Positions 39,150 through 53,424 are shown, counted from the stretch's first letter. The stretch: DNA of 64,000 nt from Eledone cirrhosa (GCA_964016885.1 OZ024743.1:331390001-331454000), one strand, 5' to 3'. Notes: generated by a model not told the origin, from the sequence alone. Translations and numbers: made by a program.

Positions 39150-40570
39150 ACATTGTTTATATGTTCATTATTGTGATGTTTATATGTACATTATTGTGAT
39201 GTTTATATGTTCATTATTGTGATGTTTATACATACATTATTGTGATGTTTATATGTTCATTATTGTGATGTTTATACATACATTATTGTGATGTTTATAT
39301 GTTCATTATTGTGATGTTTATATGTTCATTATTGTGATGTTTATATGTACATTATTGTGATGTTTATATGTTCATTATTGTGATGTTTATACATACATTA
39401 TTGTGATGTTTATATGTACATTATTGTGATGTTTATATGTTCATTATTGTGATGTTTATATGTACATTATTGTGATGTTTATATGTACATTATTGTGATG
39501 TTTATATGTACATTATTGTGATGTTTATACATACATTATTGTGATGTTTATATATATTATTGTGATGTTTATATGTTCATTATTGTGATGTTTATACATA
39601 CATTATTGTGATGTTTATATGTTCATTATTGTGATGTTTATACATACATTATTGTGATGTTTATATGTTCATTATTGTGATGTTTATACATACATTATTG
39701 TGATGTTTATATGTTCATTATTGTGATGTTTATACATACATTATTGTGATGTCTATATGTACATTATTGTGATGTTTATACATACATTATTGTGATGTTT
39801 ATATGTTCATTATTGTGATGTTTATATGTACATTATTGTGATGTTTATATGTACATTATTGTGATGTTTATATATATTATTGTGATGTTTATACATACAT
39901 TATTGTGATGTCTATATGTACATTATTGTGATGTTTATATGTTCATTATTGTGATGTTTATATGTACATTATTGTGATGTCTATATGTACATTATTGTGA
40001 TGTCTATATGTACATTATTGTGATGTTTATACATACATTATTGTGATGTTTATATGCTCATTATTGTGATGTCTATATGTACATTATTGTGATGTTTATA
40101 CATACATTATTGTGATGTTTATACATACATTATTATGATGTTTATATGTACATTATTGTGATGTTTATTTGTACATTATTGTGATGTTTATATGTACATT
40201 ATTATGATGTTTATATGTACATTATTGTGATGTTTATATGTACATTATTGTGATGTTTATATGTACATTATTGTGATGTTTATATGTACATTATTATGAT
40301 GTTTATATGTACATTATTGTCATGTTTATATGTACATTATTGTGATGTTTATATGTACATTATTGTGATGTTTATATGTACATTATTATGATGTTTATAT
40401 GTACATTATTGTGATGTTTATATGTACATTATTGTGATGTTTATATGTACATTATTATGATGTTTATATGTACATTATTGTGATGTTTATATGTACATTA
40501 TTGTGATGTTTATATGTACATTATTGTGATGTTTATATGTACATTATTATGATGTTTATATATACGTTAT
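39150..40570. repeat. 23-bp minisatellite (CATTATTGTGATGTTTATATGTA)
   Basis: Roughly 60 tandem units. Confidence 0.97.
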
Positions 40571-40642
40571 TGTATATTATATGATGTATGTTTCTATATC
40601 ATTCTCTTTCATATGTTTACATATACATTATTGTATATCATA

Positions 40643-41303
40643 CTAGCAGTGGTACCCAGCGCGTTGCACGGGATAAGGTATTTTGGAACGCTGACCGCCA
40701 ACAGACCTAATCATGGAAAAAGTGCATGCCTGGACAATATGTAAAGAAAATAAACCGAATACTCTGATGGCTGGATAATTTTTAAGATTTTCCTCGATAA
40801 AGCAGGAAAAATGCAGGTTTTCACCTAATGCGGGCCCTAGGAGATCAAGAAAATTAAATTTTTTTTATGTACATAATATGCCTTGAAATTTCGGGAAAAT
40901 CGGCTAGACGTAACGCCTCAAAAAAGCCCTAAAAAGCTGAAAAAATGAAGTTTTTCACCTAATGCGTGCCCTAGGCCATAAAAAAGTTGGATTTTCTTAG
41001 CTCACGGTATGAAGAAGAGACTGACTAATACATAGTTACAATTTCAAAGAAAACGGTCTGACGTAACACCCCCCCAAAATCCCTAAAAAGCTGAAAAACG
41101 CAGTTTTTCACCTAATGTGGGCCCTAGGGGATCAAAAAGTTGAATTCTTTTATGTGCATAACACTCCCTGAAACATAAGTAATACAGATGTAAAGTTTGA
41201 AAAATATCAGTTGGGTACTTCTCGAGTTTTAGGGATTGAAACTCACAGACACACATACACACGCACACACACAGACAGACATCCTCAGTTTTATATATAT
41301 AGA
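40643..41303 (-). mobile_element. Non-autonomous Helitron
   Basis: Minus strand A|TCTATATATATAAAA...CCCGTGCAACGCGCTGGG hairpin..CTAG|T: 5' TC, 3' CTAG, subterminal hairpin, AT target, no TSD; three internal subrepeats. Confidence 0.85.
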
Positions 41304-41381
41304 TTATACGGTACTGTAATACAGAAAATATCTACATAAATTGTAGACACTGCTGAATGTATAAACAGATATAAACACCTT

Positions 41382-41419
<38 letters not shown>

Positions 41420-41674
41420 GTGTTTATTTCACTATTATACTGTACTATAGATATATCTATTTACATATTGTAGGAAATGAGGAGATGACAAAGGAATGTG
41501 ATGAGTGGAGAGATGCCATGTCAAGAAAGACTTGTTCAACCCATGCACGGATGGAAAAATGATGATGAAGATGATGATATATTATAGACACTACTGCTAC
41601 ATTAAAAGTGATTTATTTAAATTTTTATTCTGTACTACAGAATATATTTATAGATTTTATTCAACATAGGTTAA

Positions 41675-41896
41675 CCTTTTAGTATTTACTCTATATATAC
41701 TAGTATTTATTCTATATATACTATTGTATTTTTCATTGTAAAGGCTTTATCTCACATAATATTGAATCTATGAGATTTTGATGATGTTATTTATTTTGAC
41801 AACAATACAGTAACGTGAGCGGCCAGTTATGGCCAGTTTTAACATAAAGAGGTGAGAGAATCCTGGCAGGATATGGAAAGTTTAAATGCTAAAGGG
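41675..41896. mobile_element. piggyBac-type MITE (same family as 55596-55820)
   Basis: TTAA|CCTTTTAGTATTTA ... TAAATGCTAAAGGG|TTAA. Confidence 0.75.
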
Positions 41897-43370
41897 TTAA
41901 ATTTAATTGATATACTCTGTAGCACATAATAGCAAATATATTTAAATCGATTTTCTCAGCATAGAGTTACTCAGACAATTGGCTCTCTTTAGCACCCAAT
42001 TTTTTACTTAATGGCTACAAATCTGTCCAACACAGTGTGTTTTGTTTTGTGTTTCTATAACAGAAAAAATACATAATATATTCTCTTCTAAATCTAATCA
42101 GATACACAAGAAATCACAAACAGCTCAACATTAAATTGGTTTTTTATACCAACCTGCTCGAAAACCACCTATTATAAAGGGCCTTTATTTAACCCTTTTA
42201 ACACCAAGTTGGTCAAAACCACACATTATAAAGGGTCTTTAATACATAATTAGCCAAAACCACCTCAGTAGCCAAAACTATCCATTTTAAAGGGTCCTTA
42301 TTTAACCCTTTTGATGCAACTTGGTGAAAACCACTCCTGGTTCTACAAAAGATAACCCATTTTCAAGGGTTCCTATTTAAATTAAAACCTGCCAACATAA
42401 TTTTATATCAGAACCTTTTCATATAAATAATAAAATAATGAATTTAGAAATTTCTTAAAATTTTTCATTAATTAATCCAATACAGCATATCATCATCATC
42501 ATCATCATCATCATCGTTTAATGTCCCCTTTCCCTGTTAGCATGGGTTGGATGGGTCTACATAAAGCAAGTCAGTACTGAAGCGGGGCTATTGATCTCCC
42601 AGACAGGCCAGGGTGGCATACTGCATCTCACATATGGTTTAACGTTCTATTGCAAGCACAAAGGAGGTTGTCATGTCTTAGTCACAACTGAAGGCTCCTG
42701 CCAACCCTTTGTTTAACAAGCATATGTCATTAGAAATATGGTAATGAAAGGGTTAAATAAAACACTGCAGTTCAATTACACACACACACACTTTCACTTC
42801 ATTCTCCTATCTGTGTGTATATATGTATTCTTTAATTTTTATTTTTGTTTCATATGTATCAGACTATGGCCATACTGGAGTATAATCATCAATGGGTTAT
42901 TTATTTTATAATTCTTTGTTGAACTACTCAGTTGAACGACATACAGTTACACAACATAAACAAGAAGATTGGTTTTCAGACTGGCGTAAACATATACACA
43001 CAAATATATAACTAATGGTGTGTTTTTAATACACAAAAATTCAATTTAACTGTGTTTTGAGAGAGGGGGGAAAGGTAAGAGAGTGAAGAGAGAGAGAGGG
43101 AGAGTGGCAAGAGAGGGATAAAGAGAGTGGAGAGAGAGAGTAGAAAGAGAGGGAGAAAGATAGGGAGCAATTTTTGGTCAACTTATTATTTGCAAGTTGA
43201 ATTAAGAGAAAAATCTGGAACCTTTGGCTCTCTCATAAAGAATGGTTTTTCCATTTATTAAGCAAGATTCCAGAACACTCTAGAATAATGTTTGTTTATG
43301 ACGAAGTGATTTTATGTCGAATATTGGGGGGTTGGTAGGAAATCAATGTTGAAATACTAGAATATTGAAA

Positions 43371-43405
<35 letters not shown>

Positions 43406-43452
43406 CATACATATATACATATATATACATATATATATACATACAGATACAA

Positions 43453-43521
<69 letters not shown>

Positions 43522-43680
43522 CATATATATACATATATATATACATATATATATATATACATATATATACATATATATATACATATATATATATATACAT
43601 ATATATATACATATATATATATACATATATATATATACATATATATATATACATATATATATATACACATATATATATAC

Positions 43681-43711
<31 letters not shown>

Positions 43712-44524
43712 CATATATATATACATATATATATACATATATAAATATACATATATACATATATATATATGCACATATATATATATATATACATATATAC
43801 GTATAGTAAATATGTATATATATATATACATACAGTAAATATGTATATGTATATGCACATATATATATATACATATATACGTATAGTAAATATGTATATA
43901 TATATATATACATACAGTAAATATGTATATGTATATATGTACATATAGTAAATATGTATATGTATATATATATATATTTACTATATGTATATATATATAT
44001 GTATATATATATAAACACACTCACACATATATAGTGTGTGTATGAAAGTGTATGAGATAAATAAATAAATAAATAAACAAATAAAATAAATAAAATGTTA
44101 TCCTTGTATTATTATTATTTTTTTCATTTTATACAAATAAAATATCACACTGCTAAAAATATGAAAAATCTTGATTTGAAGCCAGAAATAGTTCTTTCTA
44201 TTCTGCTGTCGTTCCAGAACTACACTGAAACTACAGAAAATGGTAAAAATGGTAAGCTAATCAATGGGAATCAATGAAGAACCACTTAGATGCCTCCCTT
44301 CCCCCATTTTATACAAATTTTATATCAAACTCAAAAGGCAGAGTCTTGTTTGTTTACTGTTTAAGAAATATATAAACAAATCAAAATAAACTGATGATGA
44401 TGATGAGAATTGCTTCTAATTCAGGCACTAGACCAGCTGTTTCTGGGGGAAAGGAAAACTGATTATATGGACCACAGTACTTAGCTGTCACTTAATTTTA
44501 TTGACCCATAAATCATCTTTTTTT

Positions 44525-44890
44525 TTTCTTCTTCTTCACTCCTGAGAGAGTCATGGGGTCAGAGTCCTCAAACACTCCTTCCAGTAGATGCTGTCACAAG
44601 CAATCATCTCCAATTGATCTGGCTGGATCTCCAAGCAAGACCAGCCAAGCTCATGGATGTTATCCAACCATCTTGTTTGAGGTCTACCCTCTGCGTCTCC
44701 TACCAGTTGGTTTTACCTGTAAAATCTGTCCAGCGATTCTTTCCTGAGACATTCTAACCACATGACCATAGTATCAGAGCTGTGATCTCTCAATTCAGAG
44801 AAATAGAGGCTCTATGTGGAGTGACTCTCTGAGCTGCACACTTTATTGAATAAAGTTACTCTAAAGACCCTTCGGAAAAACCCCATTTAA
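44525..44890 (-). mobile_element. Old RTE-like LINE 3' fragment with (GAA)n tail (third family)
   Basis: Homologous in opposite orientation to 51483-51636; decayed RGRP..RWLDNI motif. Confidence 0.6.
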
Positions 44891-45159
44891 GCAGCTATTT
44901 GAAAAATATATTGCAGTCGCCATTTCATGCCACAAAAAACTAGCAACGGGCTTGCAACCTGTCCTGGGAGTCATGGGATGGACAGACAAAGATTGCATAT
45001 TCCAAGACCCTAAAGAACTGGAACCCAGAAATGAAGAAAGGTAAAAATTGATCTCGGTGAGATTTGAACTCAGAATCTAAAGAGCCAGTATATATATATC
45101 ACAAAACATTTGTGACACTCTAGATATTTGACCAACCCACCACCCTCAGTATTAATAAC

Positions 45160-47400
45160 GATTTTTAGTATAGGCACAAGGCCGGTAATTTTGGGGTGGG
45201 GAAAGTTGATTAAATCGACCCCAGTGCATTACTGGTATTTTATTTTATCGAACCCCATAAGAATGTAAGGCAAAGTTAACGTTGGCAAGATTTAAACTGA
45301 GAACCTAAAGGCACGTAACTATGCTGCTAAGCAAGGTGTCCGATGTTCTACCAATACTGCCAATCCACAGCCAGTATTAATAATAATAATAATGCTAAGA
45401 AGGGTGTTGGAAAGTTGAAGGAGAAGGAATGACCAAAAGGACTTTTGGCCATGGCTCCCTCTTTTGGTATAATCTCAGTATAACATCTGCCAGAATAAAA
45501 GCATTACAAATAATAATTATAATAATAATTTATAATTTAGGCAATAGGCCAGCAGATATTTTTTTGGTGGGAAGGGGGGGGGGGTAGTTCATAAGCCAAT
45601 TATACTGACCCCAGTACTTGACTGGTACTTTATATAATTGACTACTGAAGGATGACAGGATGAAAGGTAATGTTAACCTATTGAACTCACAAAGTGGAAG
45701 AGATCGCAACACATTGCACCCCAAATACCTCAAGGGATTTTCACATGAAGCTCTGCCAATGATTCTACAAACTCTATTATTGTGGCTAATAAATGAAACC
45801 ATTATTATTACTATTATTATACATAAATATATAATAAAGAAAGAATTATTATTATTATTATTACGGTGGATTGGCAGTATCGGTAGAGGGTCGGACGCCA
45901 TGCTTTGACGTATAGAGTTACGGCCCTTTATGATCTGAGTTCAAATCCCACCGAGGTTAACTTTGCCTTTCATCCTTACGGGGTCGATAAAATAAAGTAC
46001 CAGTAATGCACTGAGTAATTGCTGGCCTTGTGCCAAACGTAGAAACAATTATTACGGACAGTGGATTGGCAGTATTGGTAGAGGGCCAGATGCCATACTT
46101 TGCAGCATAGAGTTACGGCCCTTTACGGTCTGAGTTCAAATCCCGCTGAGGTTCTCTTTGTCTTTCATCCTTAGGGGGTCGATAAAATAAAGCACCAGTA
46201 ATGCACTGGGATAATTGCTGGCCTTGTGCCAAAAGTAGAGACCATTATTAGTAGTAGTAGTGGTGGTGGTGGTAGTAGTAGTAGTAGAGGTAGTAGCAGC
46301 AACAGCAATGGTGGTGGTGGTAGTAGTACTAGTAGTAGTAGCAGCAGCATTGGTAGTAGTAGCAATAATAGAATGTGAAATATCCTTTGATTTCTGCTCC
46401 TTTCCTATACCTTGCCAAGTGTCAACCTAATACCTGAGGCATAATCTGGTAATACACATTATTTATAACATTGACCCAAGGCCAGTAATTTTGGAAAAAA
46501 AAATGGAAGGTTGAATAAATCCTCTCCAGTACTTAATTGGTACTTTATTTTATTGACCCTAGAAGAATGGAAGACAAAGTTGCCCCTGGTCAGACTTGAA
46601 CTGAGAATGTAAAGGTGTGGAACAAGTATGGCAAATCACCACTCTAAAAATAATTGTTTCTACTTTAGGCACAAGGCCAACAATTACCCAGTGCATTACT
46701 GGTACTTTATTTTATCGACCCCATAAGGATGAAAGGCAAAGTTAACCTTGGTGGGACTAAAAATAATGGTTTCTAATTTTGGCACAAGGCCAGTCATTTT
46801 TGGCAGGGAAGTGTAAGTCAGTCAAATCCACCCCAATAGTTGACTGGTATTTTATTTCATCGATCGCAGGAGAATGAAAAGCAAAGTTGACTTCTGTTGG
46901 ATTTGAACTCAGAACATAAAGAACCAGAAGAAATGCAACAAACTATTTTGTCTTTTGCTTTAACAATTCTGCAAATCTACCACCATAATAATTGTTTCTA
47001 CTTTTGGCACAAGGCCAGCAATTACCCAGTGCATTACTGGTACTTTATTTTATCACCTCATAAGGATGAAAGGCAAAGTTAACCTTGATGGGATTTGAAC
47101 TCAGAATGGCAAGGGCCGTGACTCTATGCGTCAAAGCATGGCATCTGACCCTCTCCCAATACTGCCAATCCACCACCATAATAATGGTTTCCAATTTAGG
47201 CACAAGGCCAGCAATTTGAAGGGAAGGGGAAAGTCAATTAAATCGACCCAGTGCATTACTGGTATTTTATTTTATCGACCTCGTAAGGATGAAAGGCAAA
47301 GTTAAACTTGATGGAATTTGAACTCTGAACGTAAATGACCCTAGCTAAATGTTACAGAGCATGTTGTTCGATGCTCTACTGATTCTGCCAATCCACCATA
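45160..47400. mobile_element. Cluster of about 9 Nin/Deu-like SINE copies in both orientations
   Basis: Plus copies at 45865-46050 and 46055-46250; minus copies near 45160, 45530, 46470, 46650, 46765, 46990 and 47180. Confidence 0.85.
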
Positions 47401-47439
47401 ATAAATAATAATAATCTATCACCATAACAATAATAATTA

Positions 47440-47652
47440 GTTTTCATATTGAGACTCCAACCCATCCTATTTACTTTATAACGTACGGGATTTCTAGTAA
47501 TGAACCTTTTTGTCATGTATAATGGTTTGTAATGTCTAAAGAAAATTAATTGTCGCAGGAATGTTACCACTTAAAATAAAATTTCGCCGGAGATAGATTA
47601 GCAAAGTTTAATAAGCAAGGGGAGTGGAGTGATTATTCGAGACCTGAGAGTA
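47440..47652. mobile_element. MITE fragment homologous to 2331-2640
   Basis: Shared catattgagac..ttgtcatgtataatg..ggaatgttaccactta; ends gattattcgagacctgagagta. Confidence 0.5.
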
Positions 47653-48073
47653 GTTTGCCCTAGAAATAAATTATTAAAATATCTTTAATCATTTATCAGT
47701 AATTAACATAAACTATAGGGTTTCTCTTATGCAAACCATTAATTCATTAAAACAAATTTTCAAGTTTCCAGTAATCTTGTTTATAATAAGTCTACCAATG
47801 TTGGACTCCAAAAATATGTTCAACACTGCTGCTATCATTCTTGCAATAATTCACTCATATCAAAATAACCACTGACTATCCTTACTTCAGCTAAATCTCT
47901 TTAGCCTTTCTCTTTATTTCTCCATCTTTTCTCTCTCTATCTTCTCTCTGTAACTCCTCTTACACTCTGTTCTCTCTGTATAGCTATCTCTCTACAACAA
48001 CAACAACCAATTTAATATATCCGAGACATTCTCCATGATATACATACAAACAAATAACTAAAGAAGTTGCATA

Positions 48074-48124
<51 letters not shown>

Positions 48125-48864
48125 TATATATACATGTGTGCGTGTATGTATGTGTACAGCTATATATGTAGGTGCATGCGTGCAGAAAACTTTACCACCT
48201 CCTCTCCCCATATGGACATGCATAGGAGACATATGTATGCATGTGAAACCAAGTATGTATATGTGTGTGTGTGTGTGTATGTATATACAGCTATATGTAT
48301 ATATACACACACAGTGCACATATATGTTTATATGTGCGTGTGTATGCATGTGTATACACAGCTACACACATATCCCCCACACACATATATATATAATATA
48401 TACACACCCAACAGAGAGACTTATGCTATTTATTCATGTCCACCACTGTTTGATATTCTCTTAATATTCTGGTTTGGGTTTGGGTTTGGTAAACTCTCTT
48501 GTCATTGATTCCAACCAATATTCATATCATTGTTTCTCCATGTATATATAGGCTCATAGACACAGATACACATATATACATACATTGTGTGTAAGTGTAT
48601 CATGATGAACATACACATACAAACATATACGTACAGACATATATACATACAAACATACACTCACACACATAAACAGGTATATATATATATACATACATAT
48701 ATACACTAAAAAAAAGACAGACATATATACATAGATACACACATAGTCACACACACACACAGACATATATATATATATATGCACACAAACAAAGACATAT
48801 ATACACACATACAAATATACAATCAACATACAGATATATATATACATGCATACAAACATACACC

Positions 48865-48911
<47 letters not shown>

Positions 48912-49835
48912 CACCTATATACAAACAAATATATAAACTTACACATACAGAAGCAAATTTACATACATACACAAATACATAAACACCAATATATACATAT
49001 ACATACACACATATGAATCCATATACACATACACACTGCACATACATACATACATACATGTGCATACACATACATATACACATCCAAACATATACACATA
49101 CAAACACCCACCCACCCACACACAAATACATACACCCACACACGCACATATATATATATATAAACAAGGCAGTAATTTGCTACAGATGAAGAATATATGT
49201 GAAAGACAAAAAAAAGAAAAGAAGATAAAGTCATCAAATTAATCAAATCAGTGTCCAATATTCCAAAGATGTTTGAGACATTGGATAGAAACAGTAAATC
49301 AGAAGAATTTCACCAGAATTCCAAAATGGAATCAAAACAGTCTTTCTTGGCCTGTAGCAGCTTTTCTTTCTCTCTCCTTTGTTTTTTAAATTCTATTACA
49401 ATCTTTAGCAATGTCTGCCTAGGTTGAATACATCTGTAAATTCAGAGTTTTGCAAGGATTGTTGAAGTGACAAAAAGATAGCACTCCTGCTTTGAAATTG
49501 AATTGTTAACATCCAACCTTGAAGTAGGAATGAGACCTTTTTTGTCAAATCTGTGGATGGAATTAATGGACGACAACGGTGGCTTCCAAAACAACAGATG
49601 TAGCAACGATTGACACTCTCACAATAATTCAGTACTCTATGTATTCTTTTTCTTTTTCCAGCTTCTGCACTTGTTACCAAAAACGTGGATCAAAAGAATT
49701 AAAGAAATTGTCACATGATGCAGACAGAAGAGTCCTTTCAGACACTACACACACACACACATATATATATATATGTGTGTGTGCATGTGTGTGTGTGTAT
49801 GTGTAGCAATATCCATATGTGTAAACTCGTATAAA

Positions 49836-49917
49836 CGCCTGAAAAAAGGTCACTAATTTGGTGCCTCTTGTATTTTGGAGGTATGGTCAAAGTTGGTACT
49901 TGAAACCTTGGGTAGTG
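49836..49917 (+). ncRNA. Degenerate hammerhead motif with extended stem II
   Basis: CGC-CTGAAAA (cf. CTGAAGA)-AAG..GTGCCTC..GAGGTAT..CTT-GAAA-CCTTGGG-TA-GTG. Confidence 0.6.
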
Positions 49918-50003
49918 CCTTTGTTTCACGTGTCAACATAAATAATATAATACATATACATATATATATTTAGTTAGAAAGTGAACAACACAATATATAA
50001 CTA

Positions 50004-50070
50004 CTCCATTACCAGAGGTTTCTGGATACTAGACAATATTAATATATGTCTGGATCGTTCATCAGACAGA
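50004..50070 (-). ncRNA. Type I hammerhead motif (inverted copy)
   Basis: Reverse complement of 50123-50190 with a slightly shorter stem I. Confidence 0.75.
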
Positions 50071-50122
50071 TGTTATGAATAGAAAATATGAAATTAGATT
50101 TCATATTTTCTATTCATAACAT

Positions 50123-50190
50123 CTCTGTCTGATGAACGATCCAGACATATATTAATATTGTCTAGTATCCAGAAACCTCTGGTAATGGAG
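50123..50190 (+). ncRNA. Type I hammerhead motif, intact core
   Basis: CTCTGT-CTGATGA-acGATccAGACA..TGTCTagtATCca-GAAA-CCTCTGG-TA-ATGGAG. Confidence 0.8.
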
Positions 50191-50295
50191 TAGTTATATA
50201 TTGTGTTGTTCACTTTCTAACTAAATAGCTCTGTTCTATACATAGAGCACTCTTTTTTCCTTTGCTTTTTCCTTGGAATTACCTAACACACACAC

Positions 50296-50340
<45 letters not shown>

Positions 50341-50344
<4 letters not shown>

Positions 50345-51103
50345 TATACTGAGTTGGAAACTCAAAATAGTCTTTTATAATTTCTATAACTGTTTCTATA
50401 ACTGTCTAGGTGTTTTCAGGCAGTTGCCCAATATAGGTTTGTTATTCTTTTTCTTAATTTACTACTTTAAATTAAGACTGGCAAACCATATTGTTATAGT
50501 TAGTATTTTTTTACCCTAGCAAAACTGGTCCTTTACAATTCGAACACATGTATGTTTATATTTGTGTTTATCTCTCTTGTATATTCAATTATATTGCACA
50601 GCTCAGAAAAACTTCTTTCTTAGAGCTATTTAATTGTAAGAGACTATTTTGAGTTTCTAACTCAGTATATGATTGTCGGCTTCATCATGTTGAGCTAATT
50701 TTAATGTCGCGTTAACCAGGCTGCTATTTTTAGCGGCATAGGTTTTCGAGACAAGCTAGGCTCCGAAGACATGTGCGTTATTTCATATCGCACACAATTC
50801 AGTCTTCTAATATTTTTACAAGTGGAAGGATCGCTAATTTTTACACCTACTGATGAACAGAGAGTTGGTGATGCCTTCGCTTAATAATAATTGTGCGAAA
50901 CAGTTTCTATAACTGTCTAGGTGTTTTCAGGCAGTTGCCCAATATAGGTTTGTTATTTTTTTATCTTAATTTTCTACTTTAAATTAAGTCTGGCAAACCA
51001 TATTGTTATAGTTAGTATTTTTTCACCCTAGCAAAACTGGTCGTTTACAATTCGAACACATGTATGTTTATATTTGTGTTTATCTCTCCTGTATATTCAA
51101 CTA
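50341..51103 (+). mobile_element. Retrozyme-like non-coding element: 511-nt period partial tandem plus inverted 5' stub
   Basis: 50392-50590 is repeated at 50903-51101; 50341-50373 is the reverse complement of 50641-50673; hammerhead at the repeat junction; (TA)n on both sides. Confidence 0.75.
50843..50924 (+). ncRNA. Type I hammerhead ribozyme with stable stems I and III
   Basis: ACACCTA-CTGATGA-[40 nt]-GAAA-CAGTT tctat AACTG-TC-TAGGTGT: 7-bp perfect stem I, 5-bp stem III hairpin, GUC site; base of stem II imperfect. Confidence 0.85.
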
Positions 51104-51920
51104 TATATAAATATATATATATATATAAATTTGCAAAAAAGAGCCTCATGTGCTTAAATTATACAAAATAAATAATGTGTGTGAAGACAACAGAATAACA
51201 GATGAAACACAGACAGTCTCTTTCTCATCATATTAAATATGTTGAAGTCCAAGACTGTATACCATATATAACAGGAGTACCAGTTATATGAACAATTATA
51301 CAACCTGGGAAATTTGCATATGGATAGATGGTTTGCATAAGAGAAACCTTATAGTTAATGTTGATTACTAATACAAGGAAGTGATTAATGATAAGAATGA
51401 GATTTCAATAATATAATTATAGGATATAATTACATAAATTATATTTAGCAATTTCATAATCTTTTTTTTTTTATTTTTGCTAAATGGTTGGATAACATCC
51501 ATGAGCTTGGGTGGTCTTGCCTGGGGATCCAGCTGGATCAGTTGGAGACGGTTGCTTCTAACAGGACCCGCTGGAAGGAGAGTTTGAGTACTCTGCTCCC
51601 ATGACCCTCTCAGGAATAAGTGGGCGAAGAAGAATTTCATAATCTCATATATACAGTACAAAAAAAGCAGTATTGGAAAGGACTATAAGTGCCATAAATG
51701 AAAGGAAAAAGAGGGGAAGAGAAAGGAAGAAAGAAAGGGGGAAGGCAAGAGGGTGACAGATTCTACACCCATGTCCCGTATATATATATATATATAAATA
51801 ACAACACTGGGGAGAAATAACTATTTACAGGGGAAAATGTAGGGTTAGAATCCATGACATTGTGATTAGAAAGTGAACTTCTTATTGTAGTTAACATAAC
51901 CAAGATAGGAAATGCATTGT

Positions 51921-52040
51921 GTAAGTATGTATATGCCTATGTGTGTAAGTATGTATATGCCTATGTATGTAAGTATGTACATGCCTATGTGTGTAAGTAT
52001 GTATATGCCTATATGTGTAAGTATGTATATGCCTATGTGT
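51921..52040. repeat. 24-bp minisatellite (GTAAGTATGTATATGCCTATGTGT) x5
   Basis: Direct tandem units. Confidence 0.9.
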
Positions 52041-52308
52041 GTCAATTTGTATTTATTGAAGATTTACAGACATCATCATCATCACCGTTTAACTTCCATT
52101 TTCCATGTTGTGAGACAACCCAGGTTAGGTGACTGTGTCTAGCACATAACATAACTAATTTTGGCTTGCTATCACTGGATGTCTTTCCTAGTGCCTGCTT
52201 TTGTTGTGACAACATTTGTTTAAGGTATCCTCTTCAAAGAAATGTAATCACTTTGCCTTGTTTTCGTTCATTGTCTTCTCTTTGTTAATTTTCTTAATTC
52301 TAGTAATT

Positions 52309-52342
<34 letters not shown>

Positions 52343-52490
52343 GTGTGGGGGGAAGAAAATGAAGTGAATACAGGTTGAAGATCTGGTACATTTCACAGTG
52401 AAAATCTGAAACACCCAGCAAGAGAAACAATTGTACCTAAATGTCACCACACTTAGTTTTTATAAGTATCTATATCTATCTATTTATTTA

Positions 52491-52533
<43 letters not shown>

Positions 52534-52562
52534 TGTGTGCATATGTGTATGTATGCATGTGT

Positions 52563-52908
52563 CATCATCATCATCATTTTCATTTCATTTTACGTCCGCT
52601 TTTCCTTGCTTGCAAGGGTGGGACGGGAACTGATTCTGGCTTGATTTCTACAGCTGGATGCCCTTCCTAACACCAACCTCATTTACAGTGAGTGCTGGGT
52701 GCTTTTTTGCCGTGGCACCTCCACAACCACTTTGCAGTGGAATGATATGGACCCCCAGTCCTATCATCTCATTTCTACAGCTGAGTAAACTGGAGCAATG
52801 TGAAATAAAGTGTCTTGCTCAAGGAAACAACACATCACCCGGTCTGAGAATTGAACTCACAACCTTTCGATTGCAAGGCCAATGCTCTAACCACTAAGCC
52901 ATGTGCCT

Positions 52909-52911
<3 letters not shown>
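52563..52911 (-). mobile_element. Full-length composite SINE: tRNA head + CORE-like block + shared central module + RTE tail
   Basis: tggcttagtgg and gagttcaattc boxes, ccttgagcaagacacttta, ggaagggcatccagctgtagaaa, tail matching 29600-29650. Confidence 0.85.
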
Positions 52912-52943
<32 letters not shown>

Positions 52944-53324
52944 CAGACACATACATACATGGCCTTTCTAGTGCACTTATCAGAGACAATATTAAATAGT
53001 ATTTTTAAATAAGATAATAACATGAGTAGAATACATCAGTGTTGCAAGTTTATGCCCTGTAAGTGAGAAATAAGTTAGCTTTTTATCTTACTGAACTTTA
53101 ACAATAATAACAACAATAATAATAATAATCACACCACACTATGGTAAAGTGGTCACATTGATATATATACATAATCAATATCATTATCTGTCTATCTATC
53201 TATCTATTTCTAAGTGTGTGTACTCAATGTTAGTGGGGAAAGTAGATGTAAAATGATGATATATCGATATATACACACACACACACATATATATATATTA
53301 AACATAAATGTGTTGTGTAGGTGG

Positions 53325-53375
<51 letters not shown>

Positions 53376-53424
53376 CCTATATACCTTACATGATAATATA
53401 TATATTAAACGTGTGTATGCATTT

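Larger units (their letters stand above)
49967..50286 (+). mobile_element. Fold-back Penelope-like pLTR fragment (~128-bp arms, 3-nt loop)
   Basis: 49967-50094 is the reverse complement of 50098-50227 apart from a 2-nt indel; unique tail ends at (CA)n/(TA)n. Confidence 0.78.

Noticed and set aside
43298-43362. ATGACGA..TGATTT/AAATCA..GAAA-TACTAG
   Set aside because: Hammerhead-like spacing but the core is mutated, with no UH or stem I; too degenerate to call.
52960-52986. Minus-strand CTGATAA-GTGCACTA-GAAA-GGCC
   Set aside because: Core mismatch and no stem I pairing.
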